Source: an uncultured Acholeplasmatales bacterium (GTDB taxonomy: Bacteria; Bacillota_I; Bacilli_A; Acholeplasmatales; Anaeroplasmataceae). Taken from it: a stretch of DNA of 64,000 nucleotides. A model generated the notes under the pieces. It did not search any database. It had not been told where the DNA came from and saw only the letters and a program-made list of their open reading frames with translations. Positions 56,482-64,000 of this stretch are shown here, piece after piece; the first letter of the stretch is position 1, and every line of letters begins with the position of its first letter. The stretch covers positions 25,157-89,156 of the forward strand of contig CALUXS010000005.1 of the NCBI GenBank assembly GCA_944324805.1. Direction: 5' to 3'. The position numbers were made by a program, and so were the translations under genes.

Positions 56482-58553
56482 TAATAATTCTCCTTTCTAA
56501 CAATATATAGACCTTTGTTCTTCAAAACGAGACGTTTGGCTGATGACTCTGTTAATTTAGAACCATCAAATATTAAAGTAGCATCACCAAAACGATATTC
56601 TGTCTTTTCTCTTTTTGCCTTAATTATTACATAAAGTTCCTCAGAATCACTTACAAGTTTATAAACAAAGCTACTATTATTAGAGTATTCATTTACTAAC
56701 GATATTTTTTCCATAATTTCTTTAACTGATGAAGTTCTAAAGATTCGATATTGTTTTCTTATTCTAATAAGATCTCTAGTCGTTTGAACTAGATTACGAT
56801 ATGTATCTTTTTGTTCCCAATCAATTCCATTAATTAAATCACCGCTATTATATGAATTTTCAACGCCATTTTTAGAACGCAAAAACTCTTGCCCAGAATG
56901 GATAAAAGGTATACCTATGCTTAATATTACAATAGCTAATCCAAGTTTGCAAGCATCATAAAAATCTCTTTCTTTCCCTTTTTTATTTATTTCTTTAAAA
57001 TAATCATAAACAGTATAATTGTCATGGCATTCAATATAATTAATAGTTCTAACAGGCGAGTCAAAACAAAAATAATCAAGAGAACTTCCGGTTAATAAAT
57101 GATATAAATCGTATGTCGACATATACGGATTGAATAGATAGCCAAGTGTCTTATTCCATTGTGAACCTTTAAAGAAATCCCTAAATCTATCATTAAAGAA
57201 TGCATAATCAGGCAAATATCTATAGTTTAAACTATGAGGCCTCATATTATCAGGCAATGTATTAGGCATATTCCAACCTTCACCATATAACATAATTGTA
57301 GGATCATTAGCTTTTAAGGCATTAGCTGCATTATTCATGGTTTGAATGTCTAAAAGTCCCATTAAGTCAAATCTAAAACCACTAAAATGATAAATATTTT
57401 GCATGTAAACTAAGTTATCAACTACGAATTTAGAACACATTCTACGTTCAGTTGCCAAATCATTTCCACAACCAGAAACATTGGTAGGATACCCATTAGA
57501 AGTTCTAAAAAAATAACCAGGAACTAAAGAATCAAAAGGGAATTTTTTCATATCATTAACATGGTTGAATACAACATCCATATTAACTAATAATCCATAT
57601 GCATGGCACATATCTACAAGTTCAATCAATTCATTAATTCTAGCATATGGATCATCAGGATTAGATGAATATGCCCCCTTAGGCACAAAATATTGAATTG
57701 GATTATACCCCCAATTATAATATCTTTCTGGATTTTTATCACTAATACCATAAAAATCAAATATTGGCATTAATTGTAAATGTGAAACTCCAAGAGTAGC
57801 AATGTAATCAAGTCCTGCAGAATGTCCATGATTAGTCAAAATTTTTTGACATAATCCCTTAAATTGCATTTTATTAGGTATATCAAGTTTAGATGTTAAA
57901 TCACGTACTGAAGCTTCATATATAATTGCATCAGTATATACCCCACTAAAACTCGGTTTAGTATATTTGAATTTACGAAATTTTGATGTGTCAACTACAT
58001 AGTTAAAATTTCCGTTTGCATCACTACTTATTCCGTATGGATCATTAACAACTTTAAATTCATCAAAAACTCGCACACGATACCTATACTTTGAACCTTC
58101 GTAATCACCTTTTAATGTTGTAAGCCATAACCCTCTGCCTTTATGACTTAGATTAATACTAACCAGTTTATCTTTTTTATCAATTAATTCTAATACGATT
58201 TCCTTTGCTACAGGAGACCAGATTCTAAATGTAGTTTCTTCCTTTGTATAAAAAATCCCTAAATTTCCATCATATGAATAAATGTCATCAAATCTAGGAT
58301 CTCTAATAAAGCTACCTGAATATAATAAGGTTTTATATTCACCATTTTTAACATAAATATCCCTTGTCATATCTAGTATTTCCGGATTATATAAAGAATA
58401 TTTAAACCAAGAATCTTCTTCACACTTATTGACTACATTTAATTTAATATTTTTATCATTTAAGAATAGAAAAAAATCTTCCTTTAAAATGATTTTTTTA
58501 TCTACTAAAATTGTTATATGATCGATAGCATCTAAAAATGCTAAGAAAACCAT
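56481..58553 (-). CDS. pulA: Type I pullulanase (GH13), cytoplasmic
   Basis: YNWGYNP signature, DVVFNH, GFRFDLMG, YGEGW and ECHDN GH13 regions. No signal peptide. Confidence 0.88.
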   Translation of the reverse strand: MVFLAFLDAIDHITILVDKKIILKEDFFLFLNDKNIKLNVVNKCEEDSWFKYSLYNPEILDMTRDIYVKNGEYKTLLYSGSFIRDPRFDDIYSYDGNLGIFYTKEETTFRIWSPVAKEIVLELIDKKDKLVSINLSHKGRGLWLTTLKGDYEGSKYRYRVRVFDEFKVVNDPYGISSDANGNFNYVVDTSKFRKFKYTKPSFSGVYTDAIIYEASVRDLTSKLDIPNKMQFKGLCQKILTNHGHSAGLDYIATLGVSHLQLMPIFDFYGISDKNPERYYNWGYNPIQYFVPKGAYSSNPDDPYARINELIELVDMCHAYGLLVNMDVVFNHVNDMKKFPFDSLVPGYFFRTSNGYPTNVSGCGNDLATERRMCSKFVVDNLVYMQNIYHFSGFRFDLMGLLDIQTMNNAANALKANDPTIMLYGEGWNMPNTLPDNMRPHSLNYRYLPDYAFFNDRFRDFFKGSQWNKTLGYLFNPYMSTYDLYHLLTGSSLDYFCFDSPVRTINYIECHDNYTVYDYFKEINKKGKERDFYDACKLGLAIVILSIGIPFIHSGQEFLRSKNGVENSYNSGDLINGIDWEQKDTYRNLVQTTRDLIRIRKQYRIFRTSSVKEIMEKISLVNEYSNNSSFVYKLVSDSEELYVIIKAKREKTEYRFGDATLIFDGSKLTESSAKRLVLKNKGLYIVRKENY

Positions 58554-58661
58554 ATGGATACACTCCTCTCAAATGTAATATTATATAATTCAAAAATTTA
58601 CTTAAATTTAACTCCAATCTATGTAATTATAGCACATTTTATGATATTTTTCCTTATTTTC

Positions 58662-58689
58662 TTGCTAAAAAATAGATAAATGATATAAT
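58662..58689 (+). promoter_or_regulatory. yigZ promoter (TTGCTA-16-TGaTATAAT)
   Basis: Hexamers at 58662-58667 and 58684-58689. RBS GGTGA precedes the ATG at 58705. Confidence 0.5.
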
Positions 58690-58704
58690 TTTTATGGTGA
58701 TATT

Positions 58705-59310
58705 ATGTTTTATGTAGCTAATTACTCTGAACACACAATAATTATAAATAAATCTAGGTTTATTGGACAAGTTTATCCTGTAAATTCAATAGATGATGTT
58801 GAAAATATTTTACAAAAAGTAAGAAAAAAATTCTATGATGCAAATCATAATTGTTTTGCATATATAATAGGTGATAACCAAGAAATACAAAAATGTAGCG
58901 ATGATGGAGAGCCACAAAAAACAGCTGGATTTCCAATTTTGGAAGTTATAAAAAAACAAGGTTTTACAAATATCCTTGTAATAGTGACAAGATACTTTGG
59001 CGGTATACTTTTAGGCGCTGGTGGATTGGTTAGAGCTTATACAGATTCTACTGTTAAAGCATTAGAGCAAGTTAATAAATTAATTAAAGTTAATTTTTTA
59101 GAAACAACACTAGCGGTGGATTATAGTGTTTATAATCAAATATTAAAGCTTCCATATTTAAAAATTAAAAATGCAAACTTTCTAACTGATGTAACAATTA
59201 CTGTATTAGTTAGTTATGATAATAAAGAAAAACTCTTAAAAGATTTACAAAATCTTTTAAGAGTTAATAATCTCGAATTATCATTTAATTCAATAACAGA
59301 ATTTACCAAA

Positions 59311-59316
<6 letters not shown>
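58705..59316 (+). CDS. yigZ: YigZ/IMPACT-family protein (UPF0029)
   Basis: I.KSRFI......V........L........DA.H.C.AY and DDGEP..TAG.P.L motifs. Confidence 0.85.
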
Positions 59317-62004
<2,688 letters not shown>

Positions 62005-62016
62005 ATATACACCATA

Positions 62017-63525
62017 TTAACTAAGGCGTTTAATTATATCATTAATATATGAAGCGATTTTATCTTCATTTATTATATCCTTAGTAGTTCTTATTTGGTC
62101 AGCCAGTTCTTTTCCTAATGAATTTGTCTTTAAACCCATTTGTAAATTTTTTTCTGTTTCTTTAATTTTAGATAAAGGAACTTCATCTAAAAATCCTCTT
62201 GTTAATGCATATAAAATAATAAACTCTTCTTCCATACTTATAGTCTCATGTAATCCTTGTTTCAATACCTCAATAGTTCTTGCTCCTCTATCTAGACGAC
62301 GCTTTGTATCCTCATCTAAATCTGAACCAAATTGAGTAAAAGATTCAAGTTCTCTATATGATGCTAAATCTAAACGCAATGTTCCAGATACCTTTTTTAT
62401 TGCCTTCGTTTGTGCTGAACCACCGACTCTTGAAACAGATAGACCCGCATTAATTGCTGGTCTTATGCCTTTGTAAAAATAATCAGATTGTAAAAATATT
62501 TGACCATCAGTTATTGAAATAACATTAGTAGGAATATAAGCAGATATATCTCCTGCTTGAGTTTCAATTATTGGCAACGCTGTTATACTTCCGCCACCAT
62601 TTTCCTTATTCAATTTTACCGCTCTTTCTAATAATCTTGAATGTAAATAAAAAACATCACCTGGATATGCTTCTCTACCTGGTGGTCTATGAAGCAACAA
62701 TGATAATTCACGATAACTAACAGCATGTTTAGATAAATCATCATAGACTATTAAAACATCCATACCTTTTTCCATAAAATATTCAGCTAAAGTAACACCT
62801 GAATAAGGAGCTAAATATTGCATCGGAGCAGGGCTTGAAGCACTCGCATTAACTATTATTGTATGTTTCATAGCATCGTGTAATTTTAACGTCTCATAAA
62901 CACTTCTTACTGTAGATTCTTTTTGACCTATAGCAACATAAATACAAATAACATTCTTATTTTTTTGATTAATTATGGAATCTATTGCTATAGATGTTTT
63001 TCCTGTTTGTCTATCACCAATAATTAATTCGCGTTGACCTCTGCCAATAGGAACAAGAGCATCAATTACTTTTATACCAGTTTCAAGTGGGGTATTAACA
63101 CTAGAACGTGCCATTACTCCTGCAGCCTTACGTTCAATAGGTAGATATTTTTCAAAATTAATTAAACCATTACCATCGATTGGTTCAGCTAAAGGATTTA
63201 CAATTCTACCAATAAATTCTTCTCCTACTGGAATTTCTAAAATTCTACCTGTAGCATTTACTATATCTCCTTCTTTAATTAAAGAAGATTCACCTAATAG
63301 TGTAACACCAACATAATCTTCCTCTAAACTTTGTGCTATACCATAAACGTTATTAGGAAACTCTAATAATTCATTTAGCATTACCTTATCTAGTCCGGTA
63401 ACTAATGCAATTGAATCTCCTACTTCTATTACTTTTCCTACAGAATCAGTAGTAATAACCTGATGATAGTTTTTTATCTTTTCTTTTAATAAAGCGGAAA
63501 TTTCTGATAAATTAATGTTTGCCAT
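62017..63525 (-). CDS. atpA: F0F1 ATP synthase subunit alpha
   Basis: GDRQTGKT Walker A, 500+ aa. Start set to ATG 63523-63525 just after the atpH stop. Confidence 0.97.
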   Translation of the reverse strand: MANINLSEISALLKEKIKNYHQVITTDSVGKVIEVGDSIALVTGLDKVMLNELLEFPNNVYGIAQSLEEDYVGVTLLGESSLIKEGDIVNATGRILEIPVGEEFIGRIVNPLAEPIDGNGLINFEKYLPIERKAAGVMARSSVNTPLETGIKVIDALVPIGRGQRELIIGDRQTGKTSIAIDSIINQKNKNVICIYVAIGQKESTVRSVYETLKLHDAMKHTIIVNASASSPAPMQYLAPYSGVTLAEYFMEKGMDVLIVYDDLSKHAVSYRELSLLLHRPPGREAYPGDVFYLHSRLLERAVKLNKENGGGSITALPIIETQAGDISAYIPTNVISITDGQIFLQSDYFYKGIRPAINAGLSVSRVGGSAQTKAIKKVSGTLRLDLASYRELESFTQFGSDLDEDTKRRLDRGARTIEVLKQGLHETISMEEEFIILYALTRGFLDEVPLSKIKETEKNLQMGLKTNSLGKELADQIRTTKDIINEDKIASYINDIIKRLS

Positions 63526-63527
63526 TT

Positions 63528-64000
63528 TTATCCTTTCCATAATGAATTTTTTAAATCATTTAATTGTTTAATAACACTTATATCTAGTTCTTCATTTTGA
63601 CATAATATCTTAATACCACCAATTAATGATTCATCAATTCTATTATCAATTATAATATTTTTTAATGGATATCTCATTTCCATAGCTTTTTTTATTTTTA
63701 TTAATTGCTTTTTAGTTAAAGATGTTGGACTTTGGACAATAACATTCAAAACATTATTTTTTATATCTAATAACTTATAGTATGAATTAGAAATATCAAG
63801 AAATAATGAAAACCTATTATTATCAATTAGTATAAATAAAAAATTATAAAAAAATTCATCTATATCGCCTAATACGTCCTTCAAAATTTGTTTTTTTTCA
63901 TCATTAGAAATCATAAATGATGTCATTAGAGGAATTAATTCACTATTTGTACCTATTAATCCATTTAAAACCTTGAGAGCATAATCAAATTCTTTTTCTT
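63528..64000 (-). CDS. atpH: F0F1 ATP synthase subunit delta (OSCP), C-terminal part; runs off the right edge
   Basis: The frame stays open upstream of the track Met to the window end (..[28 protein letters not shown]..). Position is immediately before atpA. Confidence 0.8.
   Translation of the reverse strand, partial: EKEFDYALKVLNGLIGTNSELIPLMTSFMISNDEKKQILKDVLGDIDEFFYNFLFILIDNNRFSLFLDISNSYYKLLDIKNNVLNVIVQSPTSLTKKQLIKIKKAMEMRYPLKNIIIDNRIDESLIGGIKILCQNEELDISVIKQLNDLKNSLWKG

Overview
Very AT-rich, standard-code window; TGA is used as a stop and Trp is TGG. The gene content and synteny are Firmicutes-like or wall-less-Firmicute-like: sepF-ileS, hisS-aspS, infC-rpmI-rplT, sufCDSUB and atpHAGDC. 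About 60 tightly packed genes lie almost entirely on the minus strand, many overlapping by 1-35 nt. Most are housekeeping: four aminoacyl-tRNA synthetases, ribosomal proteins, Suf Fe-S assembly, part of the F1 ATPase, deoCD, uxaCAB hexuronate catabolism, a heterodimeric ABC exporter, lspA, rluD, rsmD and rlmH. I saw no rRNA, tRNA, CRISPR array, IS element or prophage. Cis-regulatory RNAs readable from the sequence are an Ile (AUC) T-box before ileS, an Asp (GAC) T-box before hisS-aspS, and an attenuator leader before infC, which starts at ATT. The most unusual content: (1) a three-gene kleisin-like/KITE-like/SMC-like operon of Wadjet/MksFEB type with no nuclease (JetD/MksG) gene, placed directly upstream of sepF-ileS. 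(2) Two tandem giant acidic lipoproteins (1009 and 907 aa) that look like expanded PrsA/SurA-type foldases; one keeps the parvulin His motifs and the other has lost them. (3) Ribosomal protein L20 with an ~85-aa C-terminal extension ending in a SAP/Rho_N-like helix-hairpin motif. (4) An orphan ~180-nt structured RNA with its own promoter and terminator upstream of rsmD. All functional calls come from motif and pattern recognition by eye; no database search was run.
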